Positions 46,609-56,326 of a stretch of DNA of 64,000 bases are shown here, piece by piece (within the stretch, counting starts at the first letter, position 1; each line of letters begins with the position of its first letter). The stretch lies in assembly GCA_964395275.1 (NCBI GenBank), contig CAYNBQ010000002.1, forward strand, positions 16,731 through 80,730, in the 5' to 3' direction. The notes under the pieces were generated by a model. It ran no database searches. It was not told the origin of the DNA and was given only the letters and a program-made list of their open reading frames with translations. A program made the position numbers and the translations under genes. The DNA comes from an uncultured Verrucomicrobiota bacterium. GTDB taxonomy: Bacteria > Verrucomicrobiota > CALLYA01 > CAYNBQ01.

Positions 46609-48570
46609 CTACTCGATGATCAGGACTCCCTCGATCGGGAAGAAGAAGTGGATCAACAACCAGGTGAACAGAATGAAGGCCTCGCCGAGAATCAGCCCGA
46701 GCGCCGCCGGATAGAGTTTCCGCCAGAGTTTCACGCCGCCGAGCCAGGTCACGACCGACTTGATCGACCATCCGAGGAAGACCGACCACCAGTAGCGGCC
46801 CATCGTCCAGGTCGTGTTCACCACGAACCCGAGCGGATGGAAAGGCCACCAGAGAAACTGCTTCCTCATGAACACCAGGAAGAGCGTGAACAATCCTCCC
46901 AGGGCCATGTCGGGATACTCGTTTCCGCGGAAATACTGGTTGCGATAGATCGGCGTCGACACGATGCCCGCGCACCAGCGCGCGGCGCCCCGCGTCCACC
47001 AGCCCAGGTTCGGGATCGCCGTGCGGTACATCACCCAGATGGACGGGATGTGGCAGGCGAGCATCGACACCAGGATCGCCAGCGTGATCATCAGGAACAG
47101 GACCCGGCGGTTCAGCTTCGCCGTATCCCCGATCTTGAAGGCCTGGAGGACCTGGGGCTGGATGCAGGTGGCCGCATCCACCAGGTTCCAGCCGATCATC
47201 GTCAGGGAGGTCACGTTCTGCCGGGAAAGATTCTCGGAGCCGAACGGGAGGAAGGCCATCTGGTGCGGGTAGACGCCGAACCAGTAGACGAACAGGCCGG
47301 TCTCCGAAATGATGCGCGTAAGCACCATGATCGCCAGGAAATACCAGCCGAACATGATCGCCGCCAGCCCGAGCGACAACCCCGCCGCCCAGCACCACGC
47401 CAGGATCCCCGCCATCCCGAAGACGATGCCGAAAACGGCCGCGCGGTAGCTGATCGGTTCGTCGGAATCGTCGATGCGTCGATCGTTCGTGAAGGCCTTG
47501 CGCAACACCGCCAGGAAATGCTTCCGCCCCATCCAGAGGTAGAAGAGACCGATCGCGGCCACGGACCCGATGTGCAGCGCGCGGAAATACTCCCCGTGCC
47601 GTTCCGCGCCCGCCGTGATGCGCACGATCTCCTGCACGTACCGGAAGAAGTAGAAGAAGACCAGGCTGAAGCCGACCTCCCAGGTCAGCATGTAGGCGAT
47701 GCCGATCATCCCGAAATAGAAGCCGATCGAGATCCGGTTCAGGACGTTCCAGGGACGATCCGAGAAGAGGTTCGCGAACCAGCGCGGATAGAGGTTGAAG
47801 TGCGGGAAGGACGGCGCGTAGGCGTGAATCCCGTTCACCAGGTAGACGATCACGGGAATCAGGAACGCGATCCAGAAGGCCCGTTTCCGGAAGAAGGGGG
47901 AGGCGCCCGTGCGTCCCGGTCCCTCGGCGGTCATGTCCAGGGGCACCTGGGCCAGGGGGAAGAGCAGGCGCTCGTTCTCGATCCATTGCTTGCGCAGCAC
48001 CACGCAGATGCAGATCGTCACGAAAAAGATCAGGAAGAGAAAGGGCGTCCAGACCGCCAGCGGACGCACCCAGAGGTGCCAGGGGATGTCGTGGAAGCCG
48101 GCCCCCTCCGGCAATCCTTCGAAAAGCCACCGCACCACGGGGGCGTTGGGATCCTTGGAAGGCACCAGCCAGTCGCGGATGTACCGGTGAAATCCGTTCA
48201 CCGGGTCCGCCCACTGGTTCTGAGGGGTCGCGTAGTAGATCGGACCGACCAGTCCCAGGTAGAGATAGGTCGCGAACTGCTGGCCCGGGATCCCGGACAT
48301 CACCACCAGCGTGCAGTAGACGAAGAGAAGCTCGCTGCGGCGCAACCCGCGCATCCGCGTGAAACGGCGGACGAGGAAATTGATCGCCAGAAGGACGAGC
48401 AACGGATAGAGGGCCGAGCGCGGCAGATGTCCCGTGCCGATGAGGTCATAGCGCAGGAAGGCCGAGAAACATCCGGCGACGGAGATGCCGACGACCAGCG
48501 CCAGCGCGAGGACTCCCACGGCTGCGGCACGCATCAGCGAGGTGCGTTCTTCCGCGCCGCGCTCCCTCAT
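46609..48570 (-). CDS. Polytopic integral membrane protein of unknown function (paralog of 39281..41257), first gene of the giant-protein operon
   Basis: ORF 46609..48570 (653 aa). N-terminal region aligns to the other copy (FTRMRGLRRSELLFVYCTLVVMSGIPGQQF versus FTRLTRQEIVVLFALAGGLVVSGGPFFQIL). At least 14 TM segments, W/F-rich. Confidence 0.7.
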   Translation of the reverse strand: MRERGAEERTSLMRAAAVGVLALALVVGISVAGCFSAFLRYDLIGTGHLPRSALYPLLVLLAINFLVRRFTRMRGLRRSELLFVYCTLVVMSGIPGQQFATYLYLGLVGPIYYATPQNQWADPVNGFHRYIRDWLVPSKDPNAPVVRWLFEGLPEGAGFHDIPWHLWVRPLAVWTPFLFLIFFVTICICVVLRKQWIENERLLFPLAQVPLDMTAEGPGRTGASPFFRKRAFWIAFLIPVIVYLVNGIHAYAPSFPHFNLYPRWFANLFSDRPWNVLNRISIGFYFGMIGIAYMLTWEVGFSLVFFYFFRYVQEIVRITAGAERHGEYFRALHIGSVAAIGLFYLWMGRKHFLAVLRKAFTNDRRIDDSDEPISYRAAVFGIVFGMAGILAWCWAAGLSLGLAAIMFGWYFLAIMVLTRIISETGLFVYWFGVYPHQMAFLPFGSENLSRQNVTSLTMIGWNLVDAATCIQPQVLQAFKIGDTAKLNRRVLFLMITLAILVSMLACHIPSIWVMYRTAIPNLGWWTRGAARWCAGIVSTPIYRNQYFRGNEYPDMALGGLFTLFLVFMRKQFLWWPFHPLGFVVNTTWTMGRYWWSVFLGWSIKSVVTWLGGVKLWRKLYPAALGLILGEAFILFTWLLIHFFFPIEGVLIIE

Positions 48571-48692
48571 GCCGTCTTTCGCTCCATGCTCGTCGACGAG
48601 GGCACAGCATTCCCCCTGTTAGCCGGTTTCCCGGACGTTCAAGCGCCTTCCCACCGGACCCGCGCGCACGACGGACTCAGCCACCGGGACGA

Positions 48693-48770
48693 TGGGGTGA
48701 GCGAGGGGACTCGAACCCCCGACCTTCAGGGCCACAACCTGACGCTCTAACCACCTGAGCTACGCCCACC
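48693..48770 (-). tRNA. tRNA-His (anticodon GTG) with genome-encoded G-1 and 3' CCA
   Basis: Reverse complement reads G-GTGGGCG-TA-GCTCAGGTGGTTAGAGC-G-TCAGG-TTGTGGC-CCTGA-AGGTC-GGGGGTTCGAGTCCCCT-CGCTCAC-C-CCA. The cloverleaf has a 7-bp acceptor stem, and an extra 5' G pairs with discriminator C73, which is specific to tRNA-His. Confidence 0.85.
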
Positions 48771-48887
48771 ACTGTACGCGAGAGCCTTCCCCCGGACCCT
48801 GCCGCCGGGGGGCCAAACCGGCGCCCATACTACGCGGGCGCTTCCCGCGGGTCAACAGGCTGCGTCCGCTTCCCCTCTTTCCTCCCT

Positions 48888-50084
48888 TTACAACGGAAGC
48901 CGGTTCAGTTCGAACAGCGGAAGAAGGATGGCCAGCGCCACGAAAAGGAAGACGATTCCCATCACGATGATCATGCCTGTCTCCAGGATCGTGCTCATCC
49001 GTTCGGTACGGGCCTCGATCACCGTCTCCAGAAGATCGGAACCGTGCGCCAGCAGCGAGGAGACCTCTCCGCTCGCCTCGCCCGCCCTGGCCAGATGATG
49101 GATCACCGGCGGCAGGGCCCCGCTTTCCTCCAGCGCGCGGGACAGGGGGATTCCGCTGCGCACACGGCCCGAAACCCCTTCCAGCCGAGCGGCCAGCGCC
49201 CGGTTGCCCACCGACGACCGGGCGATTTCCAGCGCCTCCGCCATCCGCACGCCGCCGCTGAGCAGCGAGGCGAGCGTCCTCGCATAACGGGCCGATTCGG
49301 CGTCGGAGAGCAGACGTCCCGCCAGGGGGATCCGGAGTTTCAGCCGGTCGATCTTCTCCCGCGCCGCCGGACGCGACGCCCAGCGTCGAAACCACAGGAC
49401 CCCCGCCGCCAGAAGAAGCAATCCCGGCAACCAGGCGGACGCCGCCAGCCGGCTCAGGGCCGCCACCACCCGCGTCGGCCACGGCAGTTCCCGGCCCAGC
49501 TCCGTGAAGAGGCCGAAGATCCTCGGCGCCACGAAGGTCAACAGGAACGTGAAGACCACCGCTCCGAATCCCAGCAGGATCGCCGGGTAGAGCATCGCGG
49601 TGCGGACGCGGTCCGCAAGGCGCGCCGAGCTCTCCAGTCCCTCCGCGGCCCGGTCCAGAACGGTCGGCAAGACCGCCGCCCGCTCGCCGGCCCGGAGCAG
49701 TCCCACGATTTCCCGGGGGAAGACATCGGGGAAGGCCGCCGCCGCGCTTCCGAGCGATTCCCCGCGCGAAACCGATTCGTGCAGCGAATGAACGATCGCC
49801 CTCAGTCCGGGATCTTCCACCTGGTCGGCCAGGGCGCGCAGGGCCTGGGCCAGCGGCATGCCGGCGCGCACCATGGCCGCCAGTTGCCGCAGGGCGAGGG
49901 CCAGATCCGCCCGCCCCACCTTCGCCCGCCGCCGCACGCGGGTGCCGCGCGCGGGACGCAACTCCTCCGGAAAGAGCCCACGGCGCACCAGCGTCTCGCG
50001 CGCCGCGCGTTCGCTCGGGGCCTCCACCGTGCCCCGGGCCGGAGATCCCGCCGAATCGAAAGCTCGGTAGTCGAACGAAGGCAT
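48888..50084 (-). CDS. gspF: Type II secretion system inner-membrane platform protein GspF
   Basis: ORF 48888..50084. MPSFDYRAFDSAGSPARGTVEAPSERAARETLVRRGLFP is the canonical GspF N-terminus. Two GspF repeats and three TM helices. Confidence 0.85.
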   Translation of the reverse strand: MPSFDYRAFDSAGSPARGTVEAPSERAARETLVRRGLFPEELRPARGTRVRRRAKVGRADLALALRQLAAMVRAGMPLAQALRALADQVEDPGLRAIVHSLHESVSRGESLGSAAAAFPDVFPREIVGLLRAGERAAVLPTVLDRAAEGLESSARLADRVRTAMLYPAILLGFGAVVFTFLLTFVAPRIFGLFTELGRELPWPTRVVAALSRLAASAWLPGLLLLAAGVLWFRRWASRPAAREKIDRLKLRIPLAGRLLSDAESARYARTLASLLSGGVRMAEALEIARSSVGNRALAARLEGVSGRVRSGIPLSRALEESGALPPVIHHLARAGEASGEVSSLLAHGSDLLETVIEARTERMSTILETGMIIVMGIVFLFVALAILLPLFELNRLPL

Positions 50085-50091
50085 CGGGGCT

Positions 50092-51783
50092 TCAGTCCTG
50101 ATCCCGCATCGTCACGCGCACCACTTCCGAAAGCGTGGTCAACCCCGCCCGCACCTTCTCCAGACCGTCGTCGCGCAGGGTGCCCATGCCCCGGCGCGAC
50201 ATCAGCTCCCGCAAGGCCGCCTCCCCCTCCCCGTCGTGCACCATGCGGCGCACGTCGCGGTCGAAGGAAATCAGCTCGAACAACCCGATCCGCCCGAGGT
50301 ACCCGGTTCCGCCGCATCGGTCGCATCCGCGCCCCCGCCGCGGGCGCAGCCCGGCCGACTCCTCCGCGGTCAGGCCGATCGCGCGCGCCAGGTCGGGATC
50401 GACCGGGACCTCCTCCGCGCATTCCGGGCAGATCCTCCGGACCAGCCGCTGGGCCAGCACCGCAAGAAGACAGGCCGACAGGAGAAAGGATTCCACGCCC
50501 ATGTCGATCAGGCGCGTGATCGCCGAAACCGCGTCGTTCGTGTGCAGCGTCGAGAGCACCTGGTGTCCCGTCAGCGAGGCCCGCACCGCGATCGCCGCCG
50601 TTTCCAGGTCGCGCATCTCCCCGATCAGGATCACGTCCGGATCCTGCCGCAGCACGTGCCGTAGCCCCTGCGCGAAGGTCAGGCCGATCTGCGGTTTCAC
50701 CTCGATCTGCCCGATCCCCCCGATCTGGTACTCGACCGGTTCCTCGATCGTGATGATGTTGCGGCGCCTGTCGTGGATGTGCCGGATGGCCGAGTACAGG
50801 GTCGTCGTCTTCCCGCTGCCCGTGGGCCCCGTCACCAGGAGCAGCCCGTGGGGCATGCGCAGGAGGCGGTCGATGGTCCGGAAGATGCCTTCCGGCATTC
50901 CCAGGGCCTCGAGCGAATAGAGCATCGAGGCCGGATCCAACAGCCGCAGGACGACCCGTTCCCCGAAGGTGGTCGGCACCGTCGACACCCGGATGTCGAT
51001 CTCGCGGTCCCCGATCCGGATCCGCGCCTTGCCGTCCTGCGGAAGCCGCTGCTCGGCGATGTCCAGATCCGCCATGATCTTGATCCGGCTGACGATGCCC
51101 GGATACATCGACCGCGGCGGGGCGTTCTGTTCCTGAAGAACCCCGTCCACGCGGAACCGCACGCGCAGCTCCCGTTCGTACGGTTCGATGTGGATGTCGC
51201 TGGCCCGCGAGCGGACCGCGCGGAGAATCATCGTGTCGACGACCTCCACCACCGGCCCTTCGTCCGAACGACCGAGCAGATCCGCCTCCGTTTCGACGGA
51301 GGCGCTTCCCTCCTCCGGAAACTCCGGTCCGCTTTCCTCGGGGCTCAAGCCCGCGGCCTCGTAATAGAAACGGTTGATCGCCGAACGCAACGCCGACGGT
51401 CCCGCGACCACCACTTCGACCGGGGATTCCAGAAGAAGACCCGCGTCGTCGATCGCCGCCGTGTCCAGCGGATCCGCCATGGCCACGATCACGCGGCCAC
51501 CCGCGCGCCCGATCGGCAGGAGAAGATGTCTCCTGGCGAACCCGATCGGAATTCGCGCGACGAGTTCCTCCGGCACCGGCGCGCGATCGAGGGGCGGCGC
51601 CGGATCGAGGCGCAACGCCGCGGAAAGAGCCGATACGTACCGCTCCTCGTCCAGAACCCCCCCGGCGGCGAGCGCCTCGGGCAACCCGCCGGGCGCCTCC
51701 GCGCCCCGGCCGCGGAGCACTTCCTCGATCTGGTCGCGCGTGCAGACCCCGTCGCGCACGAGAATCTCGGCGATCGCCGACAT
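50092..51783 (-). CDS. gspE: Type II secretion system ATPase GspE
   Basis: ORF 50092..51783. Walker A GPTGSGKTTT, Asp box, Walker B VILIGEMRD, His box TLHTN, and the tetracysteine CPEC...CDRCGGTGY. Confidence 0.9.
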   Translation of the reverse strand: MSAIAEILVRDGVCTRDQIEEVLRGRGAEAPGGLPEALAAGGVLDEERYVSALSAALRLDPAPPLDRAPVPEELVARIPIGFARRHLLLPIGRAGGRVIVAMADPLDTAAIDDAGLLLESPVEVVVAGPSALRSAINRFYYEAAGLSPEESGPEFPEEGSASVETEADLLGRSDEGPVVEVVDTMILRAVRSRASDIHIEPYERELRVRFRVDGVLQEQNAPPRSMYPGIVSRIKIMADLDIAEQRLPQDGKARIRIGDREIDIRVSTVPTTFGERVVLRLLDPASMLYSLEALGMPEGIFRTIDRLLRMPHGLLLVTGPTGSGKTTTLYSAIRHIHDRRRNIITIEEPVEYQIGGIGQIEVKPQIGLTFAQGLRHVLRQDPDVILIGEMRDLETAAIAVRASLTGHQVLSTLHTNDAVSAITRLIDMGVESFLLSACLLAVLAQRLVRRICPECAEEVPVDPDLARAIGLTAEESAGLRPRRGRGCDRCGGTGYLGRIGLFELISFDRDVRRMVHDGEGEAALRELMSRRGMGTLRDDGLEKVRAGLTTLSEVVRVTMRDQD

Positions 51784-51787
51784 CCGT

Positions 51788-53796
51788 TCACCTCGGCCAG
51801 CGAACCGGTTCCCCGGGGATCTCCTCCACCCCCTCCGGAGGGAATACCGGGGTCGGCGAGGGTCCCGATCCGTCCGATTCCTCCCGGGTGAAGAGCCCCC
51901 CGGCCTGATGTTCCTGCATCATCCGGTCCTTCGCCGCCCGGGCCTCGGCCGGGGAACGGATGATGTGCGGGGTGATCAGGATCAACAGGTTCGTGCGTTC
52001 GACCACCTTCGCGCTGCCCCGGAAGAAGAATCCCACCACCGGAATGTCCCCGAGCAACGGGATCTTCCGGCGGCTCGACACCTCCTGGTCCTTCAGCAGC
52101 CCGCTGATGACGATCGTCTCGCCGTCCGCAACCGTCACCGTGTTCTTCACCTGCCTGCGGGCGATCGTCGGCGTGTACATCAGGTCGCCCGTCTGTTCGC
52201 TGATCACCGCTTCCACCGTCGGATTCAGCTCGAGCTGGACATGGTCGCCCTGGGTGATGTGGGGCTTGATCTTCAACTTGATGCCGACGCTCACCCGTTC
52301 GATGTTCTGGATGATGTCCCGCGCGGTTCCGGCCCCCGAGGCGACGGTGGACTGCAACACCGGGATCTCCTCGACGACGTCGAAACTCGCCTCGGTGTTG
52401 TTCTGCGCCCAGAGGCTCGGGTTCGACAGGATCCGCACCTTGCCCAGCTTCTCCAGGGCCCGGATCAGCAGGGGAACCATCGGAACCTGGTTGCCCTCGG
52501 CGTCGGTCCGATAGCCCCGCGCGATTCCGAAGGCGACCCCCTCGGGAAAGATCTGCTGCGTGATCAGATCCGCCGCCGTGTTGCCCGAGGGCGAGAGATT
52601 CGTGAACCCGAGAAAGGTGTTCACCCCCATCTTCGGCAATTCCGTCGTCGCAAGGTCGACCGTCACGTCCTTCTCGTTGCGGGTGGTCACCTCCGCGATC
52701 AGCACGTCCACCAGCACCTGGTCCTGTTCGACGTCGAGTTGCTTGACGAGATCCCGGATGACCTCGAACTCCTTCGGCGGGGCGTCGACCACCAGGGCGC
52801 TGCTTCCCGGAAGGAAATCCACCGCCGTGTCCTTGACCGCCTCCTTGCCGAGCTTCTTCGACAGAAGCGTCGTGAGCATCTCGGCCGTCTTTTCCGGATC
52901 GAGATAGTTCAGCGGAATCGCGTTCAACCGGCTCTTGCCGGGCGGCGTTTCCACGTCGAGCCGTTCCACGATGCTGCGGATGTGTTCGATCTCCGGTGGG
53001 GTGCCGACGACCAGCAGCGCGTTGCTCCGTTCCTCCGCCACGATCTTGACCTCGAGCGGCAGCTCGCTCGACCCGGCCTGCCCCAGCGCGACGCTGCGGC
53101 GGATCCGTTCCTCGGGGGTCAGGTCGAGCCGCAGGACCTTGTTCAACTGGTCGGCGATGTCCCGCACGGGGGCGTGCTCCAGCGGGACGATCTCGAGGAT
53201 GCGCCCCGCGCCCGGCTGATCGAGGTCCCGGATGATCGCGAGAAGCCGTTCCACGTTCTCCGCCGTGTCGGTGATCAACAGGCGGTTCGACCCGGGAAAG
53301 GCCCGGATGGAATTCTCGCCCATCTCCGCCAGCGATTCGAGCGCGCCGGCCAGTTCCCCGGCCGGAACGTTGCGCGCCGCGTAGATCCGCGTGACCAGGC
53401 CGGTCGGCCGACCCTCCTCTTCGCCGGAGACCACGGGACCGCCGATCGTGATTCCCCGCTTCTTCGGCAGGACCCGGACCGCGTTCTCCCCTTCGACGAC
53501 CGCCAGTCCCCGGGCCTCGAGCGCCGCCACGGCCAGGGGATAGACCTCCGACGCCGGGATCCGGTCGGGCGAAATCAGGGTGATCGAGCCCGTCGCTTCC
53601 GAATCGACGATGAACCGCCGGCCCGTGATCCGGCTCACCAGCTTGAGGAACACCCGCAGATCGACCTCGTCGAAGGAGATGTCGACCAGCGCGGGCGTCT
53701 CCGGCCCGGGCGCCGCTTCCGACGCCGGTTCCACGGCCCGGACGGCGGGGGCGGCCAGCACGAACGCCGCAAGAAACAGTCGCGGAACTCGTCTCA
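51788..53796 (-). CDS. gspD: Type II secretion system secretin GspD
   Basis: C-terminal 669 aa of ORF 51788..54673 from MRRVPRLFLAAFVLAAPAVRA. N0-N3 domains, then the secretin domain (NPSLWAQNNTEASF...VVERTNLLILITPHIIRS). The 5' part of the track ORF is spurious. Confidence 0.85.
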
Positions 53797-53886
53797 TGAA
53801 TCTCCGTTCTCCGAACGACGCGCCCGGAGTCGGTCCTTTCCCCGAACGATCGGTGTCCCCCACCCTAGCGGGAAGCCGAAAGCTGT

Positions 53887-54660
53887 TCAACGGGAGATCC
53901 CGCGCGAGGAGTTCCGCACGAATTCCGCCAGCCGGTCGATTTCCTCGAGGGAGGGTAGTTCCTCCAGGATCCTGCGGACCGCCTCGTCGATCGCCAGCCC
54001 TTCCCGGTACAGGATCTTGTAGGCGTGCCGCAGGGCGTTGCGAACCTCCGGGGGAACCCCGGCGCGTTCCAACCCCACCCGGTTGATGCTGCGCACCTCC
54101 GCCGGATGCCCGTCGGCCATCATGTAGGGCGGGATGTCCTGGGTGATCTTGGAGCATCCGCCGATGATCGCCAGCCGCCCGATCCTCACGAACTGGTGCG
54201 CCGCCGTCAGTCCGCCGATGATCGCCCGGTCCTCGACCACCACATGCCCCGCCAGCGTTCCGCAGTTCGCGATGATCACGCCGTCGCCCACGACGCAGTT
54301 GTGGGCGATGTGCGCCACCGCCATGATGTGACAGTTCGAGCCGACGACCGTCTTCTCCCCGTCGCCCGTGGCCGAGTTCACCGTCACGTATTCGCGAAGG
54401 GTCGTCCCGTCCCCGATCTCCACGAAGGTCGTTCCGCCCCGGTACTTCAGGTCCTGCGTCTGGCTGCCGATCGAGGCGAAGGGAAAGATCTCGCAGCCCG
54501 ACCCGATCGTCGTATGCCCTTCGATGACGACGTGGGAATGCAGGCGGCAGCCCGCCCCGAGCCGTACGTGTTCGCCGATCACGCAGTACGGACCGATCTC
54601 GACCCCTTCCCCCAGCTCCGCCCCCGGGGAGACCACCGCCGTCGGGTGTATCGTCGTCAT
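53887..54660 (-). CDS. lpxA: Acyl-ACP--UDP-N-acetylglucosamine O-acyltransferase
   Basis: C-terminal 257 aa of ORF 53887..56769 from [29 protein letters not shown]. Hexapeptide repeats and the LpxA C-terminal helical domain. ATGA overlap with the upstream stop. Confidence 0.85.
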   Translation of the reverse strand: MTTIHPTAVVSPGAELGEGVEIGPYCVIGEHVRLGAGCRLHSHVVIEGHTTIGSGCEIFPFASIGSQTQDLKYRGGTTFVEIGDGTTLREYVTVNSATGDGEKTVVGSNCHIMAVAHIAHNCVVGDGVIIANCGTLAGHVVVEDRAIIGGLTAAHQFVRIGRLAIIGGCSKITQDIPPYMMADGHPAEVRSINRVGLERAGVPPEVRNALRHAYKILYREGLAIDEAVRRILEELPSLEEIDRLAEFVRNSSRGISR

Positions 54661-55979
54661 CGATCCCCCGCATCCACCAGCGCGAACATCAGTTCGGCTT
54701 CCGAAACCAGTTCCCCGTCCACGGTGATCCTTCCCTTCACCTTCCCGGTCCTGCCGCGCACCTTCAGCATCTCCGCCTCGATGATCAGACGGTCCCCGGG
54801 CGTCACCGCGCGCCGGAACTTCGCGTTGCTGATCGACATGAAATAGGCCAGCTTGCGCTGGTTGCCCGCCTTGCCCAGCAGCAGCACCCCCCCGACCTGC
54901 GCCATCGCCTCGATCTGCAGAACCCCCGGCATGATCGGATGCCCCGGGAAATGCCCCTGGAAAAAGGGTTCGTTGATCGTCACGTTCTTCAGTCCCACCG
55001 CGCGGTCTTCGTCCTGCCGGACCTCCAGCATCCGGTCGACCAGCAGGAACGGGTAGCGATGCGGCAGCACGCCCATGATCCCCTGGGTATCCAGGGATTC
55101 GTCCCCCGCGGGAACGGGAACGGACGCCTCCTCGATTTCCTTCCGGCCCTGAATGCTCTCCTTCAGCAGCCGGGCCAGTTCCACGTTCGGCGGATGCCCG
55201 GGCTTGATCGCGACGACATGGGCCTTCAGCGGTCCGCCCAGCAGATAGAGGTCGCCGACCATGTCGAGGATCTTGTGGCGAACGAATTCGTCCGGGTAAC
55301 GCAGGGCCTCCTTGCTCAGGATGGCGTCGTCCCGGACCACCACCGCGTTGTCCAGGCTGCCGCCCCGGATCAGCCCCTTCTCCATCAGGGTCGCCACTTC
55401 GTCGTAGAAACAGAAGGTGCGCGCCGGGGCCAGTTCCTCCCGGAAGGTCCTCTCGTTCACGTCGAGGCTCAGGTACTGCGCGTCCAGGGCCGCCGTCCCG
55501 TAGCTGATCGTGCAGGAGATGCGGAACTCCTCCGCGGGCAGGGCCACCATCGTGACCCCGTCGCGGCTCATCGACACCGTCCGGCGCAGCTCCAGCACGC
55601 GGCGCGGTTCGTCCTGTTCCTGCACCCCCGCCTCGTTCAGCGCGTTGAAAAACGGAAGACTGCTTCCGTCGCCGACGGGAGGTTCGCCCTCGTCGAGTTC
55701 CACCAGGAGGTTGTCGATTCCAAGGCCGCTGGCCGCCGCCATGACGTGTTCGACCGTGTGCACCCGGACCTCGCCGAGCCCGATCGTCGTTCCCCGGCGC
55801 ACGTCCACCACGTTGTCGATCTTCGCCGGAACACAGGGCCGGCCCGGAAGATCCGCCCGGACGAACAGGACGCCCGTGTTCGGCGGGGCCGGCCGGAACG
55901 TCGCCGTCGCCCGCATTCCGGTGTGCAGCGCGATGCCGGTCACGCTGACCTCGCGCGCGATCGTTTTCTGATTCGCCAT
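54657..55979 (-). CDS. lpxC: Bifunctional UDP-3-O-acyl-GlcNAc deacetylase / 3-hydroxyacyl-ACP dehydratase (LpxC-FabZ fusion)
   Basis: ORF 54657..56066, trimmed to ATG 55979 ([21 protein letters not shown]). LpxC domain (HTVEHVMAA...[12 protein letters not shown]) followed by a FabZ hot-dog domain ([19 protein letters not shown]). Confidence 0.85.
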   Translation of the reverse strand: MANQKTIAREVSVTGIALHTGMRATATFRPAPPNTGVLFVRADLPGRPCVPAKIDNVVDVRRGTTIGLGEVRVHTVEHVMAAASGLGIDNLLVELDEGEPPVGDGSSLPFFNALNEAGVQEQDEPRRVLELRRTVSMSRDGVTMVALPAEEFRISCTISYGTAALDAQYLSLDVNERTFREELAPARTFCFYDEVATLMEKGLIRGGSLDNAVVVRDDAILSKEALRYPDEFVRHKILDMVGDLYLLGGPLKAHVVAIKPGHPPNVELARLLKESIQGRKEIEEASVPVPAGDESLDTQGIMGVLPHRYPFLLVDRMLEVRQDEDRAVGLKNVTINEPFFQGHFPGHPIMPGVLQIEAMAQVGGVLLLGKAGNQRKLAYFMSISNAKFRRAVTPGDRLIIEAEMLKVRGRTGKVKGRITVDGELVSEAELMFALVDAGDR

Positions 55980-56320
55980 GATTTCCCCCGGATCGGCCGC
56001 CGACGCGGCGTCCGAAAAGCGTTCCACAAGGATTTCCGATTCCCCCGACCGAAGCCTCCATAGCACGGGACCGACCGCGGCACAAGATCCTCCGCGGCCC
56101 GCCGTCGTCCTGCCCGGCGGCGCGCGAACCCGTCCGATCCGGCGATCCCGGAACCGCTCCCTGCTTGTCCGGGGGGCGATTCGATGGTTCGATCGGTGCC
56201 ATTCGTTCGCGATGGATCTCCCGGTCCCCGCGTCTCCCGGCGACGCCGTCGCCGGCGCAGGACGGGATCCGCCGCAAACCCAGCAACCGGGTCCGCGGGG
56301 AGAGACCCGGGTACGGAGAG

Positions 56321-56326
56321 AAGGAG
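56321..56326 (+). promoter_or_regulatory. Shine-Dalgarno (AAGGAG) for the Gfo/Idh/MocA oxidoreductase, first gene of the mla-associated operon
   Basis: aaggag ATG. Confidence 0.45.

Noticed and set aside
46609-48570. Possibility that the 650-aa membrane proteins are PglB/AglB-type oligosaccharyltransferases or GT-C glycosyltransferases
   Set aside because: No WWDYG motif (only LWWPFHP), and no conserved acidic DxD/ExD first-loop motif shared by the two paralogs. Left as unknown function.
48571-48887. tRNA-His flanks as a genomic-island boundary with integrase or attachment repeats
   Set aside because: No integrase or recombinase ORF and no obvious direct repeat of the tRNA 3' end were seen. 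Only a GC hairpin (48789-48811) lies downstream of gspF.
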